A stretch of DNA of 64,000 nucleotides from Escherichia coli (GCF_045037415.1 NZ_CP173438.1), one strand, 5' to 3'; shown: positions 1 through 13,934, numbered from the stretch's first letter. Notes: a model not told the origin generated them from the letters alone. Made by a program: numbers and translations.

Positions 1-827
1 GCCACAATGTTGTTAGCGCCGGTATTTTGCTGCATGGAGTTGAGGAAGCTCAGGCTAAACGTGGCGGGATCTGCGCCGTTAATTGCGCCGGTGGTAATAT
101 CCTTTGTTGGATCTGAGGTCAGAACGCCATTGGCATTAAACACCAGCGTCGTTGCAGGGTTAGCTGTGCCTGTTGGATCACTGCTATCCAGGGTGTAAAC
201 ATCCCAGTTATTATCCCCGGTCTTCACAAAGTAGACGCTCATGTCATGAGCATTACCCTGACTATCGAAAACAGTCACCGAACCTTTTTTGTTATAGCTA
301 TCCGCATTGCTGGCATCAAATGCGTTAACAGAGGGAAGCGAATCACTGGAATTCAGGTTGATCTGCATCGACGCCGTGGTGGTAGTTTTCGCTGCCATCA
401 GGGTATTCGGAATCGAAATATTGGTCGGATTCGCCCCTTGCTGAATAGTCGGCGGCGTACCGGTTGCCGGGTAACCCGTCAGCTGTAAACCTTGCATATT
501 CACCAGGTTACGGTTTTCATCCAGCTTAAATTGTCCGTTACGGCTGTAGAATACCGAACCATTGCTGTCTACCAGACGGAAAAAACCGTTCTGGCTGATA
601 GCAACGTCCAGACCACGCCCGGTGTTGGTGGTCGTGCCATCGGTAAAGTCCTGAGTGATACCAGCAACTTTTACCCCCAGTCCCACTTTCGAACCGGCAA
701 ACATATCGGCAAAAGAGGCCGTGCCTGATTTAAAGCCGTAGGTGGCGGAGTTGGCGATATTGTTGCCAATAACATCGAGGTTGGTGGCGGCAGCGTTTAA
801 TCCGCTAACCGCTTGAGAAAAGGCCAT
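1..827 (-). CDS. flgE: Flagellar hook protein FlgE, N-terminal part only; gene runs off the window start
   Basis: Minus-strand ATG at 827 reads MAFSQAVSGLNAAATNLDVIGNNIANSATY, the FlgE N-terminus; lies directly downstream of flgD in the flgBCDE operon order. Confidence 0.9.
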   Translation of the reverse strand, partial: MAFSQAVSGLNAAATNLDVIGNNIANSATYGFKSGTASFADMFAGSKVGLGVKVAGITQDFTDGTTTNTGRGLDVAISQNGFFRLVDSNGSVFYSRNGQFKLDENRNLVNMQGLQLTGYPATGTPPTIQQGANPTNISIPNTLMAAKTTTTASMQINLNSSDSLPSVNAFDASNADSYNKKGSVTVFDSQGNAHDMSVYFVKTGDNNWDVYTLDSSDPTGTANPATTLVFNANGVLTSDPTKDITTGAINGADPATFSLSFLNSMQQNTGANNIV

Positions 828-851
828 GACTGACTCCTGAAATGTGAAGGC

Positions 852-1547
852 TTAAATTATCTGCCGTACTTCGTCGAGGGTAGTGGTGCCGTAAGTGCCA
901 AGATCCAGCGTATTACCGTTGTTGCCGCGGATCACCCCCTGCACCAGAGCAAACTGCAGCGGTTGGGCAACCAGTTGTGTACCACCGTTACTGGCGCTAA
1001 TCGCTACATTGTAAGAACCGTTCGGCGCAGTGCTGCCGTCAGTCAACGTACCGTCCCAGGTGAAACTGTGGACTCCGGCAGTCAGTTCACCGATATCAAT
1101 GGTACGGACGACCGCGCCGTTTTTATCGGTGATGGTGGCCGTCACTTTGTCTGCTGCCTGTTGCAACTCAACACCAAACGGCGTGGTCGTGGTCACAGCC
1201 CCTTCTTCACTGCCGGTTCCCGCAAGAACTGTGGTACCGGGGATCATCACGCCGTGACCGATAAGGTTACTGGCCTGTAACGACTGACTGTTATCAATCT
1301 GTCCGGAAATAGATCCGAGCGTGGTATTGAGTTTTTCAATCCCACTGACCGTGCTGATTTGTGCCAATTGCGACGTCAGCTCGTTGTTTTCCATTGGATT
1401 GGTCGGGTCCTGGTTTTTCAGCTGCGCCACCAACAAAGTCAGAAAACTGCTTTGTAAATCTGCGGCGTTGCTGCCCGTGAGCGAACTACTGCTGGTGGTA
1501 CTGACGCCGGTATTCGTCGGATCGGTGGTGGTTACCGCAATAGACAT
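852..1547 (-). CDS. flgD: Flagellar hook assembly/capping protein FlgD (231 aa)
   Basis: ORF-track protein MSIAVTTTDPTNTG...LDEVRQII matches FlgD; ATG confirmed at 1547; sits between flgC and flgE. Confidence 0.95.
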   Translation of the reverse strand: MSIAVTTTDPTNTGVSTTSSSSLTGSNAADLQSSFLTLLVAQLKNQDPTNPMENNELTSQLAQISTVSGIEKLNTTLGSISGQIDNSQSLQASNLIGHGVMIPGTTVLAGTGSEEGAVTTTTPFGVELQQAADKVTATITDKNGAVVRTIDIGELTAGVHSFTWDGTLTDGSTAPNGSYNVAISASNGGTQLVAQPLQFALVQGVIRGNNGNTLDLGTYGTTTLDEVRQII

Positions 1548-1558
1548 AGCTTTCTCCT

Positions 1559-1963
1559 TTATTGACCGAGCGTAAGGGTTTTCAGCATCATGCTTTTCAC
1601 CGTGTTGAGCACTTCAACATTGGCCTGATAACTGCGTGACGCCGACATGGTGTTAACCATCTCCCCGACGACATCAACGTTTGGCATTTTCACGTAGCCC
1701 TTTGCATCCGCCAGCGGATTACCCGGTTCATAAACCAGTTTGTCCGGGGCCTGACTTTCTATAACATCGGCAACCTTTACGCCGCCTGTCGCAGCACCTG
1801 GTGCAGCGTTAACCTGGAATACCACCTGTTTTGCCCGATATGGCTGTCCATCGGGACCGGTCACGCTATCAGCATTCGCCAGATTACTGGCCGCCACGTT
1901 CAGACGCTGGGACTGGGCAGTTAACGCCGACCCGGCGATATCAAAAATATTCAGCAGTGCCAT
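1559..1963 (-). CDS. flgC: Flagellar basal-body rod protein FlgC (134 aa)
   Basis: Protein [33 protein letters not shown]... is FlgC; ATG at 1963. Confidence 0.95.
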
Positions 1964-1966
1964 CCG

Positions 1967-2383
1967 TTAATTTCCGCTCTGTAAAACGTTCATCATGCCT
2001 TTAATTTGCCCGCTCAACGCGCTAAGGCTCATCTGGTATTGCAGGCTGTTATCGGCAAACTGGGTGCGTTCGCGATCCATATCGACAGTATTACCGTCAA
2101 GCGAAGGCTGGTCCGGAATACGGTATTGCAGTTCTGCGGAAGGAGGCGTCAGCGCCTGCGCCGGAATGTGTTGCGTTGAGGTCATCGTCAGAGCAACCAC
2201 ACTGGTTGCATCCCGTCCACGTTGCATGACTTTTTTAAGTTCACTGGCAAAATCGATATCGCGCGCCTGATAACCAGGGGTATCGGCATTGGCGATGTTT
2301 GCTGCCAGCACTTCCTGACGCTGGGCGCGCAGATTGAGCGCCTCTTGTTGAAAACGTAAGGCGGCGTCGAGCTTATCGAGCAT
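1967..2383 (-). CDS. flgB: Flagellar basal-body rod protein FlgB (138 aa)
   Basis: Protein [45 protein letters not shown]... is FlgB; ATG at 2383. Confidence 0.95.
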   Translation of the reverse strand: MLDKLDAALRFQQEALNLRAQRQEVLAANIANADTPGYQARDIDFASELKKVMQRGRDATSVVALTMTSTQHIPAQALTPPSAELQYRIPDQPSLDGNTVDMDRERTQFADNSLQYQMSLSALSGQIKGMMNVLQSGN

Positions 2384-2537
2384 ATCTCCTCCGCAGGTAT
2401 CAAAATTCTGCCATCAGCTTAAATGCCTTTACGCGCGCGTTATCGGCGGAATAAACGCAAAATGGGTCGCTATTTATGCCGTTGATGGTCATTGCGGACA
2501 GGTACAATTCACGTTGTAGAAATGGCTGGGGGCGAAA
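2384..2537. promoter_or_regulatory. Divergent flgA / flgBCDE promoter region (flagellar class 2, FlhDC-dependent)
   Basis: 154-bp intergenic between divergently oriented flgB (minus) and flgA (plus). Class 2 promoter assignment is from established knowledge of the flagellar regulon; individual -35/-10 and FlhDC boxes were not mapped. Confidence 0.5.
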
Positions 2538-3197
2538 ATGCTGACAATAAAACGTAGCGTGGCGATCATCGCGATACTCTTCAGTCCGTTAAGTACGGCG
2601 AGCAATCTCACATCGCAATTGCACAACTTTTTTAGCGCCCAACTCGCGGGGGTAAGTGATGAGGTTCGTGTTTCTATTCGTACAGCGCCCAATCTGCTAC
2701 CGCCGTGCGAGCAGCCATTGCTTTCGATGAGCAATAATTCCCGCCTGTGGGGCAATGTGAATGTGTTGGCACGCTGCGGTAACGACAAACGATATTTACA
2801 GGTTAATGTACAGGCCACAGGAAATTATGTGGTTGCCGCGATGCCCATTGTGCGTGGAGGAAAGCTGGAAGCTGGCAATGTCAAACTGAAACGCGGACGG
2901 CTGGATACCTTGCCACCGCGTACGGTGCTGGATATCAATCAACTTGTTGATGCCGTTAGCCTGCGCGATCTATCACCCGATCAACCTATCCAGTTAACCC
3001 ACTTTCGCCAGGCATGGCGGGTAAAAGCGGGACAACGCGTCAACGTTATCGCCAGCGGTGATGGGTTTAGCGCCAACGCAGAAGGTCAGGCGCTGAACAA
3101 TGCAGCCGTCGCACAGAATGCGCGGGTGCGCATGATATCGGGACAAGTGGTCAGCGGCGTTGTTGATGCAGATGGGAATATTCTTATAAACCTGTAA
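2538..3197 (+). CDS. flgA: Flagellar P-ring assembly chaperone FlgA (219 aa)
   Basis: Protein MLTIKRSVAIIAILFSPLSTASNLTSQLHNFFSAQL... is FlgA; ATG at 2538. Confidence 0.95.
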   Translation: MLTIKRSVAIIAILFSPLSTASNLTSQLHNFFSAQLAGVSDEVRVSIRTAPNLLPPCEQPLLSMSNNSRLWGNVNVLARCGNDKRYLQVNVQATGNYVVAAMPIVRGGKLEAGNVKLKRGRLDTLPPRTVLDINQLVDAVSLRDLSPDQPIQLTHFRQAWRVKAGQRVNVIASGDGFSANAEGQALNNAAVAQNARVRMISGQVVSGVVDADGNILINL

Positions 3198-3202
3198 GCT
3201 GT

Positions 3203-3229
3203 TAAAGATTACCCGTCCCTTGCCGATAA
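3203..3229 (+). promoter_or_regulatory. Sigma-28 (FliA) class 3 promoter for flgMN
   Basis: TAAA (3203-3206), a 15-nt spacer, then GCCGATAA (3222-3229), matching the sigma-28 consensus TAAA-N15-GCCGATAA, about 45 bp upstream of the flgM ATG. Confidence 0.75.
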
Positions 3230-3272
3230 ATAAGCAACACATGATAAAAGCGCCCTCAATGAGGAATAAACC

Positions 3273-3566
3273 ATGAGTATTGATCGCACTTCGCCTCTGA
3301 AGCCAGTAAGCACCGTTCAACCGCGCGAAACCACTGACGCGCCGGTAACAAACACCCGAGCGGCAAAAACAACAGCCTCCACCAGCACCAGTGTGACGTT
3401 AAGCGACGCGCAAGCAAAACTGATGCAACCCGGCAGCAGTGATATCAATCTTGAACGTGTCGAAGCGTTAAAGCTGGCGATTCGTAACGGTGAACTAAAA
3501 ATGGACACTGGCAAAATTGCCGATGCGCTGATCAACGAAGCGCAGCAAGACTTGCAGAGTAATTGA
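3273..3566 (+). CDS. flgM: Anti-sigma-28 factor FlgM (97 aa)
   Basis: Protein [34 protein letters not shown]...[11 protein letters not shown] is FlgM; ATG at 3273. Confidence 0.95.
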   Translation: MSIDRTSPLKPVSTVQPRETTDAPVTNTRAAKTTASTSTSVTLSDAQAKLMQPGSSDINLERVEALKLAIRNGELKMDTGKIADALINEAQQDLQSN

Positions 3567-3570
3567 TCGT

Positions 3571-3987
3571 ATGACGCGTCTTGCAGAGATCCTCGACCAG
3601 ATGTCCGCTGTGCTTAACGATCTCAAAACGGTAATGGATCAAGAGCAGCAACATCTCTCTATGGGGCAGATCAACGGCAGCCAGTTGCAATGGATTACAG
3701 AACAAAAAAGCTCACTGCTGGCGACGCTGGATTACCTCGAACAGTTACGCAGGAAAGAACCCAATACAGCAAATAGCGTTGATATTAGTCAACGCTGGCA
3801 GGAAATTGCTGTGAAAACGCAGCAACTACGCCAAATGAATCAACATAACGGCTGGTTACTGGAAGGACAGATTGAGCGCAATCAACAGGCGCTGGAAATG
3901 TTGAAACCGCATCAGGAACCGACGCTGTATGGGGCGAACGGTCAGACCTCAACCCCCTATCGCGGCAGTAAAAAGATTTCGATCTGA
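3571..3987 (+). CDS. flgN: Flagellar export chaperone FlgN (138 aa)
   Basis: Protein MTRLAEILDQMSAVLNDLKTVMDQEQQHLS... is FlgN; ATG at 3571, 5 nt after the flgM stop. Confidence 0.95.
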   Translation: MTRLAEILDQMSAVLNDLKTVMDQEQQHLSMGQINGSQLQWITEQKSSLLATLDYLEQLRRKEPNTANSVDISQRWQEIAVKTQQLRQMNQHNGWLLEGQIERNQQALEMLKPHQEPTLYGANGQTSTPYRGSKKISI

Positions 3988-3996
3988 AGATTATCT

Positions 3997-4017
3997 CCGG
4001 CCTGCACTGCAGGCCGG
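3997..4017. terminator. Near-perfect palindrome between convergent flgN and murJ (candidate bidirectional terminator)
   Basis: ccggcctgcactgcaggccgg is a near-perfect inverted repeat between the flgN stop (3987) and murJ stop (4027); no strong T-run on either side, so function is inferred from position. Confidence 0.4.
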
Positions 4018-4026
4018 AATGTATCG

Positions 4027-5649
<1,623 letters not shown>

Positions 5650-5671
5650 CTACCGCCAGATGTTACAGGGT

Positions 5672-6595
5672 TTATTCACTCATCGCATCGCGCCAGATCT
5701 TGTCAACGATACGTTGCGCCAGCACGGCCTGTTCGCCGGCTGTTTGCGGAACTGTCTGATTTTGCACGCATTCAATGAAGTGCCGCGCACAGTCGACAAA
5801 TCCACGTTGCTCAAGCGTACTCTGCCAACCAGGAATCGGTTTATGCACTACGCCCTGCCCGCGCTCCTCACGCCATTCGCGCATATCCGTAATGTCGATC
5901 AGCGCACCATCAGTCACGGCCTGCACGGTTTCACGCTGACTTCCGGCCCGGCGATGCATACAGGTGGTGATCTGCAAAGGACCAGCCGAAAAATGGTGCT
6001 CGGCAAACAGCATTTCGCCGGACTCATTGGTCAGCAACGTACCGCTTTCGAGAGTTGCATTGCCGCCAGACAACCACAGCGCGGTATCAACCACATGCAA
6101 ATAATCATCCAGCAATGTGAAATAAAGATCGTGTGGCCCGACGCTATTGGTACGATGTTTATCCATTCTTAGCGAGGACGCGGTGGCGAGTTGCGTTTTT
6201 AACTCACCGTAGAGTGGTGCGAAACGACGGTTAAAACCGACCATCAACGTCAGTTTTTTCCGCGCCGCCAGTTCCACCAGCCGTTCAGCATCGCGCAGAT
6301 TTTCTGCCAGCGGTTTATCGACACAGACATGTACCCCCGCATTGAGTAACGTACTGACCACGCCAAAGTGGCTGGCGGTGCTGGAATGCACAAAAACCGC
6401 ATCGCAACTGGCGGCAAGGCTGGATAACGAATCAGCATAAGGAATGCGCCAGCTGTCACAAATTGGCAGGGCTTTGGCGCGCGTAGGCGACCAGGCACCT
6501 TGTAACGTCCAGTCAGACGCTGCCGCCAGCACCGGTAACCACGCTTTTTGCGCGATGCCGCCTAACCCCACTACGCCGATACGTAATTTTTTCAC
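5672..6595 (-). CDS. mviM: Predicted NAD(P)-binding oxidoreductase MviM/YceM (307 aa), GTG start
   Basis: Protein (V)KKLRIGVVGLGGIAQKAWLPVLAAASDWTLQGAW... has a Gfo/Idh/MocA-type Rossmann motif; GTG at 6595 gives the expected 307 aa and abuts the yceH stop (6597). Confidence 0.85.
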   Translation of the reverse strand: MKKLRIGVVGLGGIAQKAWLPVLAAASDWTLQGAWSPTRAKALPICDSWRIPYADSLSSLAASCDAVFVHSSTASHFGVVSTLLNAGVHVCVDKPLAENLRDAERLVELAARKKLTLMVGFNRRFAPLYGELKTQLATASSLRMDKHRTNSVGPHDLYFTLLDDYLHVVDTALWLSGGNATLESGTLLTNESGEMLFAEHHFSAGPLQITTCMHRRAGSQRETVQAVTDGALIDITDMREWREERGQGVVHKPIPGWQSTLEQRGFVDCARHFIECVQNQTVPQTAGEQAVLAQRIVDKIWRDAMSE

Positions 6596-6596
6596 T

Positions 6597-7839
<1,243 letters not shown>

Positions 7840-8074
7840 TCTATACCTACTCCTTCCCGTAACGTCTTTAATACGCTGTAAGTATTACTATACCTGCGCA
7901 ACCAGACCCTGTGAAAAGTCCAGAATGCCATTTTCTGCATTATTCACATATTTGATAAAAACTCTCTATCAAAGCGACGTTTTGATAAAAAAATATTGTC
8001 CCCGAAGTGATGGGAAAAGTCTTAGCGGCAATGCAGAATAGAAAGTGCTCATCTTTTATTTCCCGGGAGGGGAA

Positions 8075-9283
8075 ATGTCCCGCGTGTCGCAGGCGAGGAA
8101 CCTGGGTAAATATTTCCTGCTCATCGATAATATGCTGGTCGTGCTGGGGTTCTTTGTTGTCTTCCCGCTGATCTCTATCCGCTTCGTTGATCAAATGGGC
8201 TGGGCCGCCGTCATGGTCGGTATTGCCCTCGGTCTACGCCAGTTTATTCAGCAAGGTCTGGGTATTTTCGGCGGCGCAATTGCCGACCGCTTTGGTGCCA
8301 AACCGATGATTGTCACCGGTATGCTGATGCGTGCCGCCGGATTCGCCACAATGGGTATCGCCCACGAACCGTGGCTACTGTGGTTTTCATGCCTGCTTTC
8401 GGGACTCGGCGGCACGTTGTTTGATCCTCCGCGTTCGGCGCTGGTGGTGAAACTAATCCGTCCACAACAGCGTGGTCGTTTTTTCTCGCTGTTGATGATG
8501 CAGGACAGTGCCGGTGCGGTCATTGGCGCATTGTTGGGGAGCTGGCTGTTGCAATACGACTTTCGCCTGGTCTGCGCCACAGGGGCAGTTTTGTTTGTGC
8601 TGTGTGCGGCGTTCAATGCGTGGTTGTTACCAGCATGGAAACTCTCCACCGTACGCACGCCCGTTCGCGAAGGCATGACCCGCGTGATGCGCGACAAGCG
8701 TTTTGTCACCTATGTCCTGACGCTGGCGGGTTACTACATGCTGGCTGTACAAGTGATGCTGATGCTGCCAATTATGGTCAACGACGTGGCTGGCGCGCCC
8801 TCTGCCGTTAAATGGATGTATGCCATTGAAGCGTGTCTGTCGTTAACGTTGCTCTACCCTATCGCCCGCTGGAGTGAAAAGCATTTTCGTCTGGAACACC
8901 GGTTAATGGCTGGGCTGTTGATAATGTCATTAAGCATGATGCCAGTGGGCATGGTCAGCGGCCTGCAACAACTTTTCACCCTGATTTGTCTGTTTTATAT
9001 CGGGTCGATCATTGCCGAGCCTGCGCGTGAAACCTTAAGTGCTTCGCTGGCAGACGCAAGAGCTCGCGGCAGCTATATGGGATTTAGCCGTCTGGGTCTG
9101 GCGATTGGCGGCGCTATTGGTTATATCGGTGGCGGCTGGCTGTTTGACCTGGGCAAATCGGCGCACCAGCCAGAGCTTCCGTGGATGATGCTGGGCATTA
9201 TTGGCATCTTCACTTTCCTTGCGCTGGGTTGGCAGTTTAGCCAGAAACGCGCCGCGCGTCGTTTGCTTGAACGCGACGCCTGA
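8075..9283 (+). CDS. mdtH: MFS multidrug efflux transporter MdtH (402 aa)
   Basis: Protein from [43 protein letters not shown]... is MdtH; ATG at 8075 (ORF-track extension trimmed). Confidence 0.93.
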
Positions 9284-9346
9284 TTTGATACTCCCCCCTG
9301 ACTCCTCCATACTGAAAGAGAACTGACAGCCAAATGGAGGAGTCAC

Positions 9347-9994
9347 GTGAAGCTATACATTTACGATCACTGCCCTTACTGCCTCAAAGCCCGCATGATT
9401 TTCGGCCTGAAAAATATCCCCGTCGAATTACATGTTCTGCTCAACGACGACGCAGAAACACCCACCCGGATGGTCGGTCAAAAACAGGTTCCCATTCTGC
9501 AAAAAGATGACAGCCGCTATATGCCAGAAAGCATGGACATCGTTCACTATGTCGATAAACTCGACGGCAAACCGTTACTGACCGGCAAACGTTCCCCTGC
9601 CATTGAAGAGTGGCTGCGCAAGGTCAATGGCTACGCCAACAAACTGCTGTTGCCGCGTTTTGCCAAATCGGCATTTGATGAGTTTTCTACTCCTGCCGCG
9701 CGCAAATATTTCGTCGACAAGAAAGAGGCCAGCGCGGGTAATTTTGCCGACCTGCTGGCCCACTCTGACGGTCTGATTAAGAATATCAGCGATGATTTAC
9801 GTGCGCTGGACAAACTGATCGTCAAACCGAACGCCGTGAATGGCGAACTTTCGGAAGATGATATTCAGCTATTTCCGCTCCTGCGTAATCTGACGCTAGT
9901 AGCCGGAATCAACTGGCCAAGCCGCGTTGCTGATTACCGCGATAATATGGCGAAACAGACACAAATCAATTTGTTATCATCAATGGCGATTTAA
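9347..9994 (+). CDS. grxB: Glutaredoxin 2 GrxB (215 aa); first codon is GTG in this sequence
   Basis: Protein (M)KLYIYDHCPYCLKARMIFGLKNIPVELHVLLNDD... is Grx2 with the CPYC active site; codon at 9347 is GTG, preceded by AGGAG. Confidence 0.9.
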   Translation: MKLYIYDHCPYCLKARMIFGLKNIPVELHVLLNDDAETPTRMVGQKQVPILQKDDSRYMPESMDIVHYVDKLDGKPLLTGKRSPAIEEWLRKVNGYANKLLLPRFAKSAFDEFSTPAARKYFVDKKEASAGNFADLLAHSDGLIKNISDDLRALDKLIVKPNAVNGELSEDDIQLFPLLRNLTLVAGINWPSRVADYRDNMAKQTQINLLSSMAI

Positions 9995-10126
9995 TCCTGA
10001 CCCGTCGCGGCAGCCTGTATTCGCGGGTTGCCGCCGTTTTCAGTTTTTTCTGCTGGCGCGTTATCGCTGGTGACACATGCTGCGTTGTGTCAGGATATTG
10101 ACGCAGATTTCATGTCGAGGACTACC

Positions 10127-10687
10127 ATGAACAAGTTTTTATTTGCCGCTGCATTGATCGTCAGTGGCCTGCTCGTTGGCTGTAATCAACTCACCCAATA
10201 CACCATCACCGAACAAGAAATTAACCAGTCGCTTGCGAAACATAATAATTTCTCAAAAGATATCGGTTTACCCGGCGTGGCTGACGCCCATATCGTTCTG
10301 ACAAACCTGACCAGCCAAATTGGTCGCGAAGAGCCGAATAAGGTTACCCTAACCGGAGACGCCAATCTGGACATGAACTCCCTGTTCGGTAGCCAGAAAG
10401 CGACCATGAAACTGAAGCTGAAAGCGCTGCCCGTGTTTGATAAAGAAAAAGGCGCGATCTTCCTGAAAGAGATGGAAGTGGTCGATGCGACGGTACAACC
10501 GGAAAAAATGCAAACGGTGATGCAAACGTTGCTTCCCTATTTAAACCAGGCATTACGCAATTACTTTAACCAGCAACCTGCTTACGTCCTGCGCGAAGAT
10601 GGCAGCCAGGGCGAAGCAATGGCGAAGAAACTGGCGAAAGGCATTGAAGTGAAGCCAGGCGAAATTGTCATTCCGTTTACTGATTAA
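10127..10687 (+). CDS. yceB: Lipoprotein YceB (186 aa)
   Basis: Protein MNKFLFAAALIVSGLLVGCNQLTQYTITEQ... has a lipobox (LVGC) signal peptide and matches YceB; ATG at 10127. Confidence 0.9.
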   Translation: MNKFLFAAALIVSGLLVGCNQLTQYTITEQEINQSLAKHNNFSKDIGLPGVADAHIVLTNLTSQIGREEPNKVTLTGDANLDMNSLFGSQKATMKLKLKALPVFDKEKGAIFLKEMEVVDATVQPEKMQTVMQTLLPYLNQALRNYFNQQPAYVLREDGSQGEAMAKKLAKGIEVKPGEIVIPFTD

Positions 10688-10692
10688 TCACG

Positions 10693-10719
10693 AGGGCGCA
10701 TTCGCGCCCTTTATTTTTC
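10693..10719 (+). terminator. Rho-independent terminator downstream of yceB
   Basis: Hairpin agggcgc-attc-gcgccct followed by ttattttt. Confidence 0.7.
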
Positions 10720-10792
10720 GTGCAAAGGAAAACGTTTCCGCTTATCCTTTGTGTCCGGCAAAAACATCCCTTCAGCCGGAGCATAGAGATTA

Positions 10793-11836
10793 ATGACTGC
10801 ACCATCCCAGGTTTTAAAGATCCGCCGCCCAGACGACTGGCACCTTCACCTCCGCGATGGCGACATGTTAAAAACTGTCGTGCCGTATACCAGCGAAATT
10901 TATGGACGGGCTATCGTAATGCCCAATCTGGCTCCGCCCGTGACCACCGTAGAGGCTGCCGTGGCGTATCGCCAGCGTATTCTTGACGCCGTACCTGCCG
11001 GGCACGATTTCACCCCGCTGATGACCTGTTATTTAACAGATTCGCTGGATCCTAATGAGCTGGAGCGCGGATTTAACGAAGGCGTGTTCACCGCTGCAAA
11101 ACTTTATCCGGCAAATGCAACCACTAACTCCAGCCACGGCGTTACGTCAGTTGACGCAATCATGCCGGTACTTGAGCGCATGGAAAAAATCGGTATGCCG
11201 CTACTGGTGCATGGTGAAGTAACACATGCAGATATCGACATTTTTGATCGTGAAGCGCGCTTTATAGAAAGCGTGATGGAACCGCTGCGCCAGCGCCTGA
11301 CCGCGCTGAAAGTCGTTTTTGAGCATATCACCACCAAAGACGCTGCCGACTATGTCCGTGACGGAAATGAACGGCTGGCTGCCACCATCACTCCGCAGCA
11401 TCTGATGTTTAACCGCAACCATATGCTGGTTGGTGGTGTGCGTCCGCACCTGTATTGTCTACCCATCCTCAAACGCAATATCCACCAACAGGCATTGCGT
11501 GAACTGGTCGCCAGCGGTTTTAATCGTGTATTCCTCGGAACGGATTCTGCGCCACATGCACGTCATCGCAAAGAGAGCAGCTGCGGCTGCGCGGGCTGTT
11601 TCAACGCCCCAACCGCGCTGGGCAGTTACGCTACCGTCTTTGAAGAGATGAATGCTTTGCAGCACTTTGAAGCATTCTGTTCTGTAAACGGCCCGCAGTT
11701 CTATGGCTTGCCGGTCAACGACACATTCATCGAACTGGTACGTGAAGAGCAACAGGTTGCTGAAAGCATCGCACTGACTGATGACACGCTGGTGCCATTC
11801 CTCGCCGGAGAAACGGTACGCTGGTCCGTTAAATAA
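10793..11836 (+). CDS. pyrC: Dihydroorotase PyrC
   Basis: Protein [46 protein letters not shown]... is class II dihydroorotase with the HxH metal motif; ATG at 10793. Confidence 0.95.
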   Translation: MTAPSQVLKIRRPDDWHLHLRDGDMLKTVVPYTSEIYGRAIVMPNLAPPVTTVEAAVAYRQRILDAVPAGHDFTPLMTCYLTDSLDPNELERGFNEGVFTAAKLYPANATTNSSHGVTSVDAIMPVLERMEKIGMPLLVHGEVTHADIDIFDREARFIESVMEPLRQRLTALKVVFEHITTKDAADYVRDGNERLAATITPQHLMFNRNHMLVGGVRPHLYCLPILKRNIHQQALRELVASGFNRVFLGTDSAPHARHRKESSCGCAGCFNAPTALGSYATVFEEMNALQHFEAFCSVNGPQFYGLPVNDTFIELVREEQQVAESIALTDDTLVPFLAGETVRWSVK

Positions 11837-11875
11837 TAAAAATCGTAGCTTCCTGTTGTCATTAGGTTATTTTAC

Positions 11876-11891
11876 CTGTATAAATAACCAG
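11876..11891 (+). promoter_or_regulatory. LexA (SOS) box upstream of dinI
   Basis: ctgtataaataaccag matches the CTGT-N8-ACAG LexA consensus (CCAG variant), about 25 bp upstream of the dinI ATG. Confidence 0.7.
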
Positions 11892-11912
11892 TATATTCAA
11901 CAGGGGGCTATT

Positions 11913-12158
11913 ATGCGAATTGAAGTCACCATAGCGAAAACTTCTCCATTGCCAGCTGGGGCTATTGACGCCCTGGCTGGCGAACTTTCCCGCCGTATTC
12001 AGTATGCGTTTCCTGATAATGAAGGCCACGTATCGGTACGTTATGCCGCAGCAAATAATTTATCGGTTATTGGCGCGACAAAAGAAGATAAACAGCGCAT
12101 TAGCGAAATTCTCCAGGAGACGTGGGAAAGCGCCGATGACTGGTTTGTCAGCGAATAA
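11913..12158 (+). CDS. dinI: DNA damage-inducible protein DinI (81 aa)
   Basis: Protein MRIEVTIAKTSPLPAGAIDALAGELSRRIQYAFPDNEGHVSVRYAAANN... is DinI; ATG at 11913. Confidence 0.93.
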   Translation: MRIEVTIAKTSPLPAGAIDALAGELSRRIQYAFPDNEGHVSVRYAAANNLSVIGATKEDKQRISEILQETWESADDWFVSE

Positions 12159-12179
12159 TATGCAGTGATTTTTGTTTTT

Positions 12180-12206
12180 GCCGGGTCGCCCCGGCTTTTT
12201 TATTTT
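12180..12206 (+). terminator. Rho-independent terminator downstream of dinI
   Basis: Hairpin gccggg-tcgc-cccggc followed by ttttttatttt. Confidence 0.8.
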
Positions 12207-12446
12207 ACTTGCGAATTGTGAGTACAAAATTTCTACACTTACTCAAAATAATTGCACAATATGCTAAAAAAATATGAATGACATGCTGTTTTATTGTTCA
12301 TATAAATCTTAAAAGCAGAAATTTATCTGTTCCCCCTTTAAAAATTCGGTGAATACCCTTACTTATTGGTATACTGAAGTTGCTTCAGATAAAAACGCAT
12401 TGAACCTCGAATAACGTTGTCTAGTAACACGAATTAGGGGGCCATG

Positions 12447-12701
12447 ATGGAAAAAAATAATGAAGTCATTCAGACTCATCCGCTCGTAGGGTGGGACATC
12501 AGCACCGTTGATAGCTATGATGCGCTGATGTTGCGTTTGCACTACCAGACCCCAAATAAGTCCGAGCAGGAAGGGACTGAAGTTGGTCAGACGCTCTGGT
12601 TAACCACTGATGTTGCCAGACAATTTATTTCGATATTAGAAGCAGGAATCGCCAAAATTGAATCCGGTGATTTCCAGGTAAACGAGTATCGGCGTCATTA
12701 A
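12447..12701 (+). CDS. bssS: Biofilm regulator BssS (84 aa)
   Basis: Protein MEKNNEVIQTHPLVGWDISTVDSYDALMLRLHYQTPNKSEQEG... is BssS; tandem ATGs at 12444 and 12447, second chosen to give 84 aa. Confidence 0.88.
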   Translation: MEKNNEVIQTHPLVGWDISTVDSYDALMLRLHYQTPNKSEQEGTEVGQTLWLTTDVARQFISILEAGIAKIESGDFQVNEYRRH

Positions 12702-12815
12702 CATGACATGACCATCCACCCAAAAGGCACCTCACCGGTGCCTTTACCATTTCTGGGTTGTATATCTGCATTCAGTTAATTACTCTGCTTAAACCATGAG
12801 AGCAGAGAGAAAAAA

Positions 12816-13934
12816 ATGAAATACGATCTCATCATTATTGGCAGCGGTTCCGTAGGCGCTGCCGCCGGGTATTATGCAACCCGCGCCGGTTTAAACGTGC
12901 TAATGACCGACGCCCATATGCCACCGCATCAACACGGCAGCCACCACGGCGATACGCGATTAATTCGCCATGCTTATGGTGAAGGCGAAAAGTATGTCCC
13001 GCTGGTCCTCCACGCGCAAATGCTGTGGGATGAACTTTCCCGCCACAACGAAGATGATCCCATTTTTGTACGCTCTGGTGTCATTAACCTCGGTCCGGCT
13101 GACTCCGCATTTCTCGCCAACGTCGCCCACAGCGCCGACCAGTGGCAACTCAACGTTGAAAAGCTCGACGCGCAAGGGATTATGGCCCGCTGGCCAGAAA
13201 TACGCGTCCCGGACAACTACATCGGTTTATTTGAAACTGATTCCGGTTTTTTGCGCAGCGAACTGGCGATTAAAACCTGGATCCAACTGGCGAAGGAAGC
13301 GGGCTGTGCGCAGCTGTTCAACTGCCCGGTCACCGCAATTCGTCATGACGATGATGGCGTAACTATTGAAACGGCAGACGGTGAGTATCAGGCGAAAAAA
13401 GCGATTGTCTGCGCGGGAACATGGGTAAAAGACCTACTCCCGGAGCTGCCTGTCCAGCCCGTACGCAAAGTATTTGCCTGGTATCAGGCCGATGGCCGCT
13501 ATAGCGTGAAGAATAAATTCCCGGCATTTACCGGTGAGCTGCCCAATGGCGATCAATATTATGGTTTTCCGGCAGAAAACGACGCGTTGAAGATTGGCAA
13601 ACATAACGGAGGCCAGGTTATCCATTCAGCGGATGAACGTGTTCCGTTTGCGGAAGTGGCCAGCGATGGTTCGGAAGCCTTCCCGTTCTTGCGCAATGTG
13701 TTGCCGGGTATCGGTTGCTGCCTGTACGGCGCTGCCTGCACCTATGATAATTCGCCTGACGAAGATTTTATTATCGATACCCTACCCGGCCACGATAATA
13801 CACTGCTCATTACCGGCCTGAGTGGGCACGGTTTTAAATTTGCGTCAGTTTTAGGGGAAATAGCTGCCGATTTTGCGCAAGACAAAAAAAGCGATTTTGA
13901 TTTGACGCCATTCAGGCTTTCCCGCTTCCAATAA
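12816..13934 (+). CDS. solA: N-methyl-L-tryptophan oxidase SolA (372 aa)
   Basis: Protein [34 protein letters not shown]... has an FAD GxGxxG motif and matches SolA (MTOX); ATG at 12816. Confidence 0.95.

Noticed and set aside
12970-13362. 130-aa alternative-frame ORF overlapping solA on the same strand
   Set aside because: Fully contained within the well-supported solA coding frame, with a Ser/Thr/Pro-rich low-complexity product; an overlapping-frame artefact.
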